Source of the DNA: an uncultured Chloroflexia bacterium
Lineage (GTDB): Bacteria > Chloroflexota > Limnocylindria > Limnocylindrales > CSP1-4
DNA length: 64,000 nt
Reading direction: 5' to 3'
Assembly (NCBI GenBank): GCA_963748625.1
Contig: CAVVJT010000007.1
Span: 512,001-576,000, forward strand
The number at the start of each line of letters is the position of its first letter. Position 1 is the first letter of the stretch. The notes below the pieces were generated by a model. It made no database searches and was not told the origin of the DNA. It saw nothing but the letters and a program-made list of their open reading frames with translations. The translations under genes were made by a program, and so were the position numbers. Below, in pieces: positions 42,463-52,345 of this stretch.

Positions 42463-42527
42463 AGACCGCATTAGTTGTGTATCAACGCGGGCCGGGCGGT
42501 CCGCCTGAGCCGAGGGCAACCGGACCC

Positions 42528-43445
42528 GTGCAGAGCCTCATCCTCCTCGCCGTCGTGGGCTTCGTCGCCCAGCTCGTCGACGGCTCGCTGGGCATGGCCT
42601 ACGGGGTCACGTCGTCCACGCTCCTGCTGACCGTGGGGGTCGCGCCCGCTGCAGCCTCGGCCGCGGTCCACTTCTCCGAGATCGGCACCACCGTCGCCTC
42701 GGGCATCTCGCACCACAAGCTGGGCAACGTGGACTGGCGGACGGTCAGGATCATCGCGATCCCCGGCGGTATCGGCGCATTCGTCGGCGCCACGCTGCTC
42801 TCGAACATCGATGGCGCGGCGGCCAAGCCATGGGTCGCCGTCCTGCTGCTCGGCCTCGGCCTCTACGTCATGTACCGGTTCCTGGTCCTTGGCGGGAAGC
42901 GGCCGACGTTCAAGGGTTCCGTCTCGGGCCTGTTCCTCATGCCGCTGGGCCTGGTCGCGGGCTTCATGGACGCGATCGGCGGTGGCGGCTGGGGCCCGGT
43001 GGGGACGACCACGCTGCTCTCGACGGGGCGGCTTGAGCCGCGCAAGGTGGTGGGGTCCATCGACGCGTCCGAGTTCATCGTGGCGCTCGGCGGCTCGGTC
43101 GGCTTCCTGCTGGCGCTCGGCAGCCAGGGCATCGAGTGGGGCTACGCGCTAGCGCTGCTCATCGGCGGCATCTTCGCCGCCCCGCTCGCCGCCTGGCTCG
43201 TCCGGCTCATGGCGCCGCGGCTTCTCGGCGTGGCCGCCGGCGGCATGATCGTGGTGACCAACCTGCGCACGATCCTGCTCTCGCTGGGCATCACGGACAC
43301 GCCGTTCACCGTGGTCATGGTCGGGGTGCTCTTCGTGTGGGTCGTGCTCGTGGTCTACACGGTGCGCGCCGAGCTCGCCCGTCGCCGTGCTGAGCGCGAG
43401 GCTGCGGCTGACGCGGATGTGCCACTCGTGGGCGCAGCCGCCTGA
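42528..43445 (+). CDS. TauE/SafE sulfite-exporter family protein
   Basis: AQLVDGSLGMAYG, GISHHKLGNVD, DAIGGGGWGP. Confidence 0.9.
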   Translation: MQSLILLAVVGFVAQLVDGSLGMAYGVTSSTLLLTVGVAPAAASAAVHFSEIGTTVASGISHHKLGNVDWRTVRIIAIPGGIGAFVGATLLSNIDGAAAKPWVAVLLLGLGLYVMYRFLVLGGKRPTFKGSVSGLFLMPLGLVAGFMDAIGGGGWGPVGTTTLLSTGRLEPRKVVGSIDASEFIVALGGSVGFLLALGSQGIEWGYALALLIGGIFAAPLAAWLVRLMAPRLLGVAAGGMIVVTNLRTILLSLGITDTPFTVVMVGVLFVWVVLVVYTVRAELARRRAEREAAADADVPLVGAAA

Positions 43446-43495
43446 CGGAGCCCACGGGTTGCCGCTCGACGCCGGCCGATGGCCGCTCGACCCCG

Positions 43496-43672
43496 GCATG
43501 CATCCCTGCACGGATCGAATCGGCCAACAATCCCCGTGGGGATGAGATCCGCCCCAGGCGTGCAGGGGTCATGCACCGAACCCCGACTTCGGGGCTGAGC
43601 CCCGCACGAACTCCTCGGATTCCATTCCTGCACGGATTGATCCGCCAGACCATCCTTGTGCGGATGGAATCC
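43496..43672. repeat. Two adjacent imperfect palindromes sharing CCTGCACGGAT (BIME-like)
   Basis: 43496-43574: GCATG..CCCTGCACG / CGTGCAGGGG..CATGC; 43617-43672: GGATTCCAT / ATGGAATCC. Confidence 0.65.
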
Positions 43673-43724
43673 GGCCCGAGCGCGCGGGATCGGCCGCGCA
43701 CCTCGGTCGCGACCTGGGCGAGGG

Positions 43725-44690
43725 TCAGGCGGTCCGCAGGCGCACCAGCTCCACCGCCAGCCAGCCCGACGTCCGGGCGTTGTTCGCGATCAGCGCGGTG
43801 TTCGCCTTCATCGAGGCGCCCTGGGTGATCTCCGCGACCCGGGCCAGCAGCCACGGCGTGACCGCCTGTCCCGTGACGCCCTGCTCGTCCGCCTCCCGAA
43901 TCGCCTGGTCGATGGCGGCGCGGGCGATGTCCAGTGGGAGGGCGTCGGCCTCGGGCACCGGGTTGCACACGACGATGCCGGATGTCAGCCCCATCGCCTG
44001 GTGCGCACGGATGACGCCGGCCATCGCCGCGAGATCCGGCACGGACCATGGCGCCGGGATCCCGGATCGGCGGCTGTAGAAGCCGGGCACCTCGTCGATG
44101 CCGACCGCGACCACCGGAACGCCACGCGTCTCGAGGTACTCGAGCGTGAGCGGCACGTCCAGGATGGCCTTCGGTCCGGAGCAGACCACCGCGACACCCG
44201 TGCGGGCGAGCTCATCCAGGTCCGCGGAGATGTCGAAGGACGGCGGGTGCGCGCCGCCGCCGGGCGTACTGCCGCCCAGCGCCCCGCGATGGACGCCGCC
44301 GATGCCACCCGTCGCGAACACCTCGATCCCCACGGTGTGGGCCGCGATCATCGTCGCGGCGACCGTCGTGGCCCCGCGACCTCCCCCGGCGATCGTCGCG
44401 CCCAGGTTCGGCCGGGAGACCTTCGTCACGGAGCCGCGCGGAGCCGTGGCCAGTGCCTCCAGCTCATCGCGCGACAGCCCAACCAGCACGCGGCCCGAGT
44501 TGATCGCCACCGTCGCGGGGACCGCCCCCGACTCCCGCACGGCGTTCTCCGACGCGGTCGCCACCTCCACGTTCTGCGGGTACGGCAGGCCGTGACTGAT
44601 GAGCGTGGACTCGAGGGCAACGACAGGGCGGCCGTCGCGCAGGGCGTCGGCAACCTCGGGGGCGATGGCAAGGCGGTCGGCGGTGATCAT
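43725..44690 (-). CDS. psuG: Pseudouridine-5'-phosphate glycosidase
   Basis: VVALESTLISHGLPYPQN, ATTVAATM, FATGGIGGVHRG, DISADL, VTPWLL. Confidence 0.95.
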   Translation of the reverse strand: MITADRLAIAPEVADALRDGRPVVALESTLISHGLPYPQNVEVATASENAVRESGAVPATVAINSGRVLVGLSRDELEALATAPRGSVTKVSRPNLGATIAGGGRGATTVAATMIAAHTVGIEVFATGGIGGVHRGALGGSTPGGGAHPPSFDISADLDELARTGVAVVCSGPKAILDVPLTLEYLETRGVPVVAVGIDEVPGFYSRRSGIPAPWSVPDLAAMAGVIRAHQAMGLTSGIVVCNPVPEADALPLDIARAAIDQAIREADEQGVTGQAVTPWLLARVAEITQGASMKANTALIANNARTSGWLAVELVRLRTA

Positions 44691-44745
44691 GCCGCCCAGC
44701 GTACCGGGATCACGCGGGGCGTCCGCAATTGATGACATGTGCCTA

Positions 44746-44780
44746 TTGACATTCGATCGACATCGATCGATAGTCGATAG
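44746..44780 (+). promoter_or_regulatory. Leaderless promoter TTGACA-N17-GATAGT with TCGATCGA-CA-TCGATCGA operator
   Basis: -10 lies 6 nt from ATG 44781; palindromic operator in the spacer. Confidence 0.65.
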
Positions 44781-45257
44781 ATGAACACGCTTGCGGTCAA
44801 TCTCCTGCGCGTCCTCCTGATCATCCTGCTGCTCGGCACCGTGCTGGCACAGCTGCTGGTGCCCGTGGCGGCCTCGCAGGAGGCCGTGATCTGGCCCGAA
44901 GTCGCCTACCTCGCCGTCCCATACGCGGTGGCCCTCATCCTCGTCATCGCCTGCGTCCAGGTGGCACTGCTGGCCATCTGGCGCCTGCTGTCCCTGGTCA
45001 AGAGCGGGGTCATCTTCACGCGACGCGCCCTGCGCTGGGTGGACGTCATCACGGCCTGCGCGGTGGTCGCCATGGTGCTGAGCGCGGGCGTCCTGTTCCA
45101 CCTTGGCTACGTCGTCGACGCCGGCGGACCACTCGTGGGACTCGGACTGCCTGCCTGCATCGCCGGCGGGCTGGCGTTCGTGCTCCTGATGGTGGTCATG
45201 CGGGGGCTGCTCGAGTCAGCGATCGCGGACCGCACCGAGCTCGACGAGGTCATCTGA
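44781..45257 (+). CDS. DUF2975-like membrane protein
   Basis: Four TM segments, IWRLLSLV..IFT, C-terminal ELDEVI. Confidence 0.8.
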   Translation: MNTLAVNLLRVLLIILLLGTVLAQLLVPVAASQEAVIWPEVAYLAVPYAVALILVIACVQVALLAIWRLLSLVKSGVIFTRRALRWVDVITACAVVAMVLSAGVLFHLGYVVDAGGPLVGLGLPACIAGGLAFVLLMVVMRGLLESAIADRTELDEVI

Positions 45258-45532
45258 TGGCCATCATCGTCGAGCTCGACCTCATGCTCGCGCGGCGCAG
45301 GATGTCCGTGGGCGACTTCGCCGATGCCGTCGGCATCACGCCGGCCAACGTCGCCGTCCTCAAGAACGGGCGCGCCCGCGCCATCCGGCTGACCACCCTG
45401 GACGCCATCTGCCGGGTGCTCGACTGCCAGCCCGGTGACATCCTGCGCTGGACGCCCGACGCGGCCACCACCAGGCTCGACTCCCCGCCCGAGCCGGGTC
45501 CATCGTCCGGACTCCCGGCGATCGAGACGTAG
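45257..45532 (+). CDS. XRE/YozG-like HTH regulator
   Basis: VGITPANVAVLKNGRARAIRLTTLDAICRVLDCQPGDIL. Confidence 0.9.
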   Translation: MAIIVELDLMLARRRMSVGDFADAVGITPANVAVLKNGRARAIRLTTLDAICRVLDCQPGDILRWTPDAATTRLDSPPEPGPSSGLPAIET

Positions 45533-45592
45533 GCCACCCGTCGTGCGCAACGGCGCACGCAAGCGGGAGCGGTGCCGACTACGCTGCATCCC

Positions 45593-47629
45593 ATGAGCAC
45601 CCGCGCCGATCTCCGCACCCCCACGCCAGACACGCTGCGCGAGCAGGTCGTCCTCGAAGAGCACGACCTCGCGCCGGACGGATCCTTCGCCGTGGTCACG
45701 CGGCGCACAGTCGACGGCGACGACTACGTGTCGCACCTGTGGCTCGTGCCGCTCGACGGCGGCGAGACCCGCCAGCTGACGTTCGGTCGCCAGCGGGACG
45801 TGCGGCCGCGGATCTCGCCCGATGGTGCGCGCGTGGCGTTCACCCGCTCGGCCCCGAAGGAGGAGCGCAAGCACATCCGCATCCTCGACTTGCGCGGCGG
45901 GGAACCGGTCGCCCCCGCGCTGGGCGAATTGGACGCCGGCGAGATCGCCTGGGCGCCGGACGGCGCACGGCTCGCGTTCACGGCCGAGACAGGCCCGCAC
46001 CGGTTCGTCGTGGGCGAGAAGCCCAGGAAGGACGAGCCGCTCGCGCGGCGCATCACCACGCTGGACTACCGCTACGACTACGCGGGCTACCTTGACCAGC
46101 GTGCCCAGGTGCACCTGGTCGAGGCGTCCGACGGGGCGAAGCCGCGCTGCGTCAGCGACGTCACTGGGGGCGTGTCCGACATCGCGTGGCGGCCCGACGC
46201 GGCAGCGATCGCCTTCACCGCGGACCCCCGGCCGGACAGCGACCTGCGCCCGGCGACATCGGTGTGGGAGGTCGCCGTCCCCGCGCCCGATGCCCCGGCC
46301 GACGCGGCCATGGCCGATGCGCGCGAGATCCTGGCCGTCGCCGGCTGGGTTCGCACGCCGGCCTACTCGGCGGACGGGCGCCTGGTCGCAGGCGTGGGCG
46401 TGGACGACCCCGACTACTACGACGACATCTCACCGACGGTCATCGTGGCCGCGCTGGCGGCGGGGCCTGCCGGGACGGTCCTCGCGCCCGACCTTGATCG
46501 GCCCGTGGGCGACTGGTCCGATGGCGACCTCACCGGCTGGCAGACCGATGCCCGTCCCGGCCCGTTCTGGGACGGCGACGCGGTGGTCGCGTTGATCACC
46601 GATCGCGGGCGGGTCCACCCGTGGCGCTTCCCGGTGGACCCTGCGACGGGCCTGGCGGCCGGCGATCCGGTCCGGGTCGGTGCGGACCCGCTCGTCCGCG
46701 CGCACACGCTGGCGCTGGGCGGCGGCAGGATGACGGTCACCGCACAGGTGGGCGTCCGGCCGCCGGAGCTGTTCGAGGTGCTCCCAGGCGGCGCGCTGCG
46801 CCAGCTCACCACGATGGGGTCCTCGTGGATCGACGATCTCGCCTGGCCCGAGATGCGCGTGGTGGATGCCCCCGGCCCGGGCGGACCCATCGAGACCTGG
46901 ATCGCCTCCCCTGCCAGTGCCGGCGACGGACCCCTGGCGACGGTGGTGGACGTCCATGGCGGCCCGCTCGGTGCCTGGTCACCGGGCCCGTCACTGGAGG
47001 TCGTGCTGCTGTGCGCCCGCGGCTACCGGGTGGTGCTCCCGAACATCCGCGGCTCCTGCTCGTACGGCGCCGAGTGGATCGCACCGCAGCTGGGCGAGTG
47101 GGGTGGCCCCGACGCCGACGATGTCCACGCGGCGCTCGACCACGTGGTGGCGCTTGGACTGGCGGACCCCGACCGGGTGGGCGCGCTCGGCCTGTCCTAC
47201 GGCGGGTTCATGGTCAACTGGCTCGTCGGGACGACGGACCGGTTCAAGGCCGCGGTGTCGGAGAACGGCGTCACCAACCAGGTCAGCGCCTGGACCCACA
47301 GCGACACCGGCCCCGAGTACTGCCGCGCAGCCCGCATGGGCGACCCGACGACGCCCGAGGGTGTCGCGAAGCTCTGGCAGCAGTCACCGCTGCGCAACGT
47401 GGCCAACGTCCATACACCCCTGCTCATGCTCCAGTCCGAGGAGGACCGCCGCTGCCCCACGTCAGACAACGAGCAGTACTTCGCAGCGCTCCGCTGGCTG
47501 CGCCGCGAGGTGGAGTACGTCGTCTACCCGGAGGAGTTCCACGGCATCCAGGCGACCGGCCGGATCGACCGCCGGATCGACCGGATGACGCGCATGCTCG
47601 ACTGGTTCGACCGCTTCGTGAAGGCGTAG
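45593..47629 (+). CDS. S9 family peptidase (acylaminoacyl/dipeptidyl peptidase-like)
   Basis: PD40-like N-terminal propeller, VHGGP, GLSYGG nucleophile, DRRC, EEFH. Confidence 0.92.
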   Translation: MSTRADLRTPTPDTLREQVVLEEHDLAPDGSFAVVTRRTVDGDDYVSHLWLVPLDGGETRQLTFGRQRDVRPRISPDGARVAFTRSAPKEERKHIRILDLRGGEPVAPALGELDAGEIAWAPDGARLAFTAETGPHRFVVGEKPRKDEPLARRITTLDYRYDYAGYLDQRAQVHLVEASDGAKPRCVSDVTGGVSDIAWRPDAAAIAFTADPRPDSDLRPATSVWEVAVPAPDAPADAAMADAREILAVAGWVRTPAYSADGRLVAGVGVDDPDYYDDISPTVIVAALAAGPAGTVLAPDLDRPVGDWSDGDLTGWQTDARPGPFWDGDAVVALITDRGRVHPWRFPVDPATGLAAGDPVRVGADPLVRAHTLALGGGRMTVTAQVGVRPPELFEVLPGGALRQLTTMGSSWIDDLAWPEMRVVDAPGPGGPIETWIASPASAGDGPLATVVDVHGGPLGAWSPGPSLEVVLLCARGYRVVLPNIRGSCSYGAEWIAPQLGEWGGPDADDVHAALDHVVALGLADPDRVGALGLSYGGFMVNWLVGTTDRFKAAVSENGVTNQVSAWTHSDTGPEYCRAARMGDPTTPEGVAKLWQQSPLRNVANVHTPLLMLQSEEDRRCPTSDNEQYFAALRWLRREVEYVVYPEEFHGIQATGRIDRRIDRMTRMLDWFDRFVKA

Positions 47630-47654
47630 GCCTGGCCCCCCGGGCGGGAGTGCC

Positions 47655-47745
47655 ATGGCCGATCGCGATCCCGGCGACCCGCGCCGCATCGTCGCCGAGG
47701 GCTATGACGCCATCGTCGATGACTACGCCCTGTGGGCGGAGCCTC
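47655..47745 (+). pseudogene. N-terminal stub of a probable class I SAM methyltransferase
   Basis: MADRDPGDPRRIVAEGYDAIVDDYALW with GGGAG RBS, after which the frame degenerates. Confidence 0.4.
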
Positions 47746-47814
47746 GAACCCGCACCGGGCAGCGACGTCCCGGCACGCCACAAGCAGCCCGCGAGCGAAC
47801 GCCGGATCGGGACC

Positions 47815-48798
47815 CTAGCCCAGGACCAGCTCGCCCGGCGGGCTGGACAGGTGCCGGTGGGCGCACTTGTTGCCGCCCACGGCGCCCCGCTGGAGGGCCG
47901 CCGACGGCGCGAGCCCCTTCTTGCGAGCGTCCAGCCACGCCTCCAGGAAGCCGGCGTTGAAGGCGTCGCCGGCACCCGTGGTGTCGACGTTCTTGAGTGG
48001 GGTCGTCGCCACCTCGAACCGCAGCGCGGCCTTGCCGTCACGCAGGACGATCGTCGCCCCCTTCTTGCCGCGCTTCACCACGGCGATCGGAGCGAGGTCC
48101 AGCAGGTCCTCCTCCTGCCGCTTGGCGCCGAGGAGCGCGCGCGCCTCGTCCCGGGTTGCGAACAGCAGGTCCGGGGCTGCCTCCCGCACCATGGCCAGCG
48201 CCGCCCGCCGGCCGTGCTCGAGGAGCGGTCCCGACGAGGAGAGGTCCAGGGTGAAGAGGGCGCCCGCCTCGCGGGCCATCCGGGTCGCCACCATCCCGGC
48301 ACGCCCCAGCGGCTGGTCCAGCAGCGAGTAGGCGGGCAGGTGCAGCAGGGCCGCACCGGCGAACCACTCTGGCTTGAGGTCCTCGGGACGGAGTCGCAGG
48401 GCCGCCCCGCGCTCCGTGACGAAGGAGCGCTGGCCGCCGGGATCCACGAACACGCCGATCCGGCCGGTGCGGGCACCGGTCACGCGCACCGCGCGCACCT
48501 GGACCTTGTCCGAGGTCAGGGCGGTGACGAGCGCGCGGCCCGTCGCGTCGCGCCCGATCGAGCTGACCAGTGCGACCTTCGCCCCCAGCCTGCCCAGCCA
48601 GCGGGCCGTGTTCGCCGCGGATCCGCCCTGGCGCAGCAGCACCCGGCCGGTCACGTCCGTCCCGCGGGCGATGTCGCGATCCGGCGCGAGGACCACGTCC
48701 ATCACCAGGTCACCCAGCACCACGATCGACGGCCGGTTCGGATCAGGGCGACGTGCAGGGCGGGACAGGCGGCGTGGAGCAGGGATCGAGGGCGACAT
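47815..48798 (-). CDS. PfkB family carbohydrate kinase (candidate pseudouridine kinase)
   Basis: [30 protein letters not shown]. Confidence 0.9.
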   Translation of the reverse strand: MSPSIPAPRRLSRPARRPDPNRPSIVVLGDLVMDVVLAPDRDIARGTDVTGRVLLRQGGSAANTARWLGRLGAKVALVSSIGRDATGRALVTALTSDKVQVRAVRVTGARTGRIGVFVDPGGQRSFVTERGAALRLRPEDLKPEWFAGAALLHLPAYSLLDQPLGRAGMVATRMAREAGALFTLDLSSSGPLLEHGRRAALAMVREAAPDLLFATRDEARALLGAKRQEEDLLDLAPIAVVKRGKKGATIVLRDGKAALRFEVATTPLKNVDTTGAGDAFNAGFLEAWLDARKKGLAPSAALQRGAVGGNKCAHRHLSSPPGELVLG

Positions 48799-48968
48799 CA
48801 GCCGAGGATACGCAACGCGACGGCCCTCCGGTACTCCGCCGCGGCAGCGGGCAGCCGTCGCCCACGCGGTACGATGGCCCTCCGCGCGCGACCGCGCCGC
48901 CCTCGGGTCCCGGACGTGCGCCGCCAGCCCCTCGACCCCTGCACGGCGTCCCGCACCCGGAGACCTCG

Positions 48969-51044
48969 ATGACCGCGACTTCCGCCCAGCTCGACCGGCT
49001 CGCCGTCGACACGATCCGCACCCTCGCCATCGACGGCGTCCAGCAGGCGAACTCGGGGCACCCGGGCGCACCCATGGGCATGGCACCGATGGCCTACGCG
49101 CTCTGGACGCGCCACCTGCGCCATGCGCCGACCAACCCGGCCTGGCCCAATCGTGACCGCTTCGTGCTGTCTGCGGGCCACGCGTCGATGCTGCTGTACT
49201 CCCTGCTGCACCTCACGGGTTACGACGTCACGATCGATGATCTGCGGAGCTTCCGTCAGTGGGGTTCGCGGACCCCGGGCCATCCCGAGTACGGCTGGAC
49301 CGCGGGGGTCGAAGCCACCACCGGCCCGCTGGGCCAGGGCTTCGTCAACGCCATCGGCATGGCGATCGCCGAGCGCAGGCTCGCGGCCGAGTTCAACAAG
49401 CCCGGCCACGACGTCATCGACCACCGGACGTACGTGATCTGCTCGGATGGCGACCTCCAGGAGGGCATCACGGCCGAGGCCTCGTCGCTGGCCGGCCATC
49501 TGCGCCTTGGCAAGCTGGTCGCCCTCTATGACAGCAACGGGATCCAGCTCGACGGGCCGACGGCCTGGACCTTCACCGAGGACGTGCTCGCCCGCTTCGC
49601 CGCGTACGGCTGGCACACCCAGCTCGTCGAGGACGGTAACGACGTCGAGGCGATCGATGCCGCAATCACCGCCGCCGAGGCCGACCCGCGGCCGTCGCTG
49701 ATCGCCGTGCGCACGCACATCGGGTTCGGCTCGCCCAACAAGCAGGATTCGCAGAAGAGCCACGGCGCCCCGCTGGGTCCCGACGAGGTCCGCCTCACGA
49801 AGGAGGCCTACGGCTGGGACCCGGACAAGACGTTCTTCGTCCCCGACGAGGCGCTCGCGGTGTTCCGCCGCTCCGTGACGGACGGCGAGGACGCCTCCGC
49901 AGCCTGGGACGCGGCGCTTGGCGCCTACGCCGCCGCCTTCCCCGCCGAGGGCGCCGAACTGCGCCGCCGGATCGCCGGTGACCTGCCGGCCGGCTGGGAC
50001 GCCGCGCTCAACAGCTACGCAACGGGCTCCGAGGTCGCCACCCGGAACGCCTCGCAGGACCTGATCCAGACGCTGGGCGCCGCGCTGCCGGAGCTCTTCG
50101 GCGGGTCTGCGGACCTGTCCGAGTCCAACCTGACCGACATCAAGGCACTCGGCCACGACCACTTCTCCCCCGACCATGCCGGGCGCAACCTCCGCTTCGG
50201 CGTCCGCGAGCACGCCATGGGCGGCATCGCCAACGGCATCGCCTACCACGGCGGGTTCATCCCCTACAGCGCGACGTTCATGACCTTCAGCGACTACATG
50301 CGCGGGTCGGTCCGGATTGCGGCGCTCTCGGGCCTGCACGAGGTGTACGTCTGGACCCATGATTCGATCGGCGTGGGCGAGGACGGCCCCACCCACCAGC
50401 CCGTGGAGCACTACGCGGCGCTCCGGGCGATCCCGAACCTGTGGTTCCTCCGGCCCGGCGACGCCAACGAGGCGGCCGCGGCGTGGGCACTCGCCGTGGA
50501 GCGGCCGCACGTGGCCGGGGCCACCAACGGTCCGGTCGCGCTGTCGCTGACGCGCCAGAAGCTGCCGACCCTGCCGGGGACGGCGGAGATGGCGCGCGAT
50601 GGCGTGCGGCGCGGCGGGTACGTCCTGCGCGAGGCCGCGGGCGGGACGCCGGAGCTGATCCTGGTCGCCACCGGGTCGGAGCTCTCCCTGGCCTACGCGG
50701 CCGCCGGCACGCTCGAGGCCGAAGGCATCCCCACGCGCGTCGTGTCGCTCCCGTCCTGGGAGCGGTTCGAGGCCCAGGATGCCGCCTACCGCGAGTCCGT
50801 CCTGCCGCCGTCCGTGCGCAAGCGCGTCACCGTGGAGGCAGGCGTGTCGCTGGGCTGGGAGCGGTACGCGGGCGACGAGGGCGCGATCATCGGCATAGAC
50901 CGGTACGGCGCCAGCGCCCCGGCCCCGCAGATCTTCGAGGCCTTCGGGGTGACGACCGCCAACGTCGTGGAGGTGGGCCGCAAGGTCGTCCGCGAGGGGC
51001 TCCGCGGCCGGGTCGGCGCGACCCGCTCCGAGCACGGGCGCTGA
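48969..51044 (+). CDS. tkt: Transketolase
   Basis: [42 protein letters not shown]. Confidence 0.98.
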   Translation: MTATSAQLDRLAVDTIRTLAIDGVQQANSGHPGAPMGMAPMAYALWTRHLRHAPTNPAWPNRDRFVLSAGHASMLLYSLLHLTGYDVTIDDLRSFRQWGSRTPGHPEYGWTAGVEATTGPLGQGFVNAIGMAIAERRLAAEFNKPGHDVIDHRTYVICSDGDLQEGITAEASSLAGHLRLGKLVALYDSNGIQLDGPTAWTFTEDVLARFAAYGWHTQLVEDGNDVEAIDAAITAAEADPRPSLIAVRTHIGFGSPNKQDSQKSHGAPLGPDEVRLTKEAYGWDPDKTFFVPDEALAVFRRSVTDGEDASAAWDAALGAYAAAFPAEGAELRRRIAGDLPAGWDAALNSYATGSEVATRNASQDLIQTLGAALPELFGGSADLSESNLTDIKALGHDHFSPDHAGRNLRFGVREHAMGGIANGIAYHGGFIPYSATFMTFSDYMRGSVRIAALSGLHEVYVWTHDSIGVGEDGPTHQPVEHYAALRAIPNLWFLRPGDANEAAAAWALAVERPHVAGATNGPVALSLTRQKLPTLPGTAEMARDGVRRGGYVLREAAGGTPELILVATGSELSLAYAAAGTLEAEGIPTRVVSLPSWERFEAQDAAYRESVLPPSVRKRVTVEAGVSLGWERYAGDEGAIIGIDRYGASAPAPQIFEAFGVTTANVVEVGRKVVREGLRGRVGATRSEHGR

Positions 51045-51055
51045 GGGCGGCCACG

Positions 51056-51535
51056 ATGCGGATCGTGTTCGCGGCGGATCACGCGGGTGCCGCCTTCAAG
51101 GATGACCTCATGGCGAAGCTGGCCGCACTGGTGGGCGGTGAGCACGAGCTGATCGACCTGGGCGGCGACGGCGCCGACGTCAACGACGACTACCCGGACT
51201 TCGCCCATCGCCTGGGGCTCGCGATCCAGGCGGGTGACGCTGAGCGGGGGATCCTGGTCTGCGGGTCCGGCGTGGGGGCGTCCATCGCCGCGAACAAGAT
51301 GCGCGGCATCCGGGCCGGGCTGTGCCACGACACCTACAGCGCCCACCAGGGCGTGGAGCACGACGCCATGAACGTGCTCACGCTGGGTGGGCGGGTGATC
51401 GGGATCGAGCCGGCGGTGGAGTGCTCAATGGCGTTCCTGGCCGCCAGGTTCTCCGGTGAGGCGCGCCACCAGCGGCGCCTGGACAAGGTGCTCGCGATCG
51501 AGGCGGCGTCGATGCGCGGGGCCGGCGGGGGCTGA
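51056..51535 (+). CDS. rpiB: Ribose-5-phosphate isomerase B
   Basis: [31 protein letters not shown]. Confidence 0.95.
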   Translation: MRIVFAADHAGAAFKDDLMAKLAALVGGEHELIDLGGDGADVNDDYPDFAHRLGLAIQAGDAERGILVCGSGVGASIAANKMRGIRAGLCHDTYSAHQGVEHDAMNVLTLGGRVIGIEPAVECSMAFLAARFSGEARHQRRLDKVLAIEAASMRGAGGG

Positions 51536-51670
51536 TCCGCGGGATCTTGCGCACGCCAGGTTGCAGAAGGGCCTCCCCGGGAAGGCCGAAGCCCACCGGG
51601 AAGGCCCGCCCTCGGCCCGGCGCGGGTCCGGGCGTGGGCTGGGAACAGGCTTGCCGGCGTGGCTGCCGGT

Positions 51671-52177
51671 TCAGGCGATCAAGGCGCAGACGTCCAGCAC
51701 CCTGGCGCTGGTGATGTCGTAGCTCGCGATCGATCCGTCCGGCGCGATCTCGAGCACGGCCGGTCCGTGGGTCAGGAGCATGTAGCCACGATCGAAGATC
51801 ATGCTGTTGCCGAGGAAGAGCATGGTGGCCGATCCATCGGGATTGCTCACCGTCCGTCCCGGCCCGGAGATGTTGAGCTCGACGCTCTTGGTGCCGTGGC
51901 TCACGGTGACGACGAGCCGGCCTGCGATGTGGACCCACGTGGCGCCACTCCGCAGGGTGAACGTGGTGGCGTACTCGTTGTTCGCCGGGAAGTCGATGGT
52001 GACCCCGAAGGCGCACGTCTCGCCCGGAGCGAACTCGATCGTGCCCGCGGGCAGGAACTCGCGGCTGGGCGCGTCGGCCAGGGCGACCGGGGCGGTCACC
52101 AGCAGCATCGCGACTGCCGTGACGGCGAGCACCAGGCGCCTCGTCGCCTGCCCCGCTGGAGTGGACATGGAACGCAT
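51671..52177 (-). CDS. Small secreted hypothetical protein
   Basis: GGAGG RBS, signal peptide ..APVALA, CAFGV..NISGPG..DVCALIA (terminal Cys pair). Confidence 0.75.
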   Translation of the reverse strand: MRSMSTPAGQATRRLVLAVTAVAMLLVTAPVALADAPSREFLPAGTIEFAPGETCAFGVTIDFPANNEYATTFTLRSGATWVHIAGRLVVTVSHGTKSVELNISGPGRTVSNPDGSATMLFLGNSMIFDRGYMLLTHGPAVLEIAPDGSIASYDITSARVLDVCALIA

Positions 52178-52345
52178 CTGATCCTCCAATCCGCGACCTC
52201 CGGACCCGCGTCCCGGTGATCGCATTGCGTGTCGGGCCGGTGATCCGGCCCTTCCGGAATGCTCGACTGGCGTGCGAAACGTCCGGTAAACGAGCCGCGG
52301 TGCTCGTACGATGTCGCGATCGACGCAAGCAGAGGTGCGAGCGTG

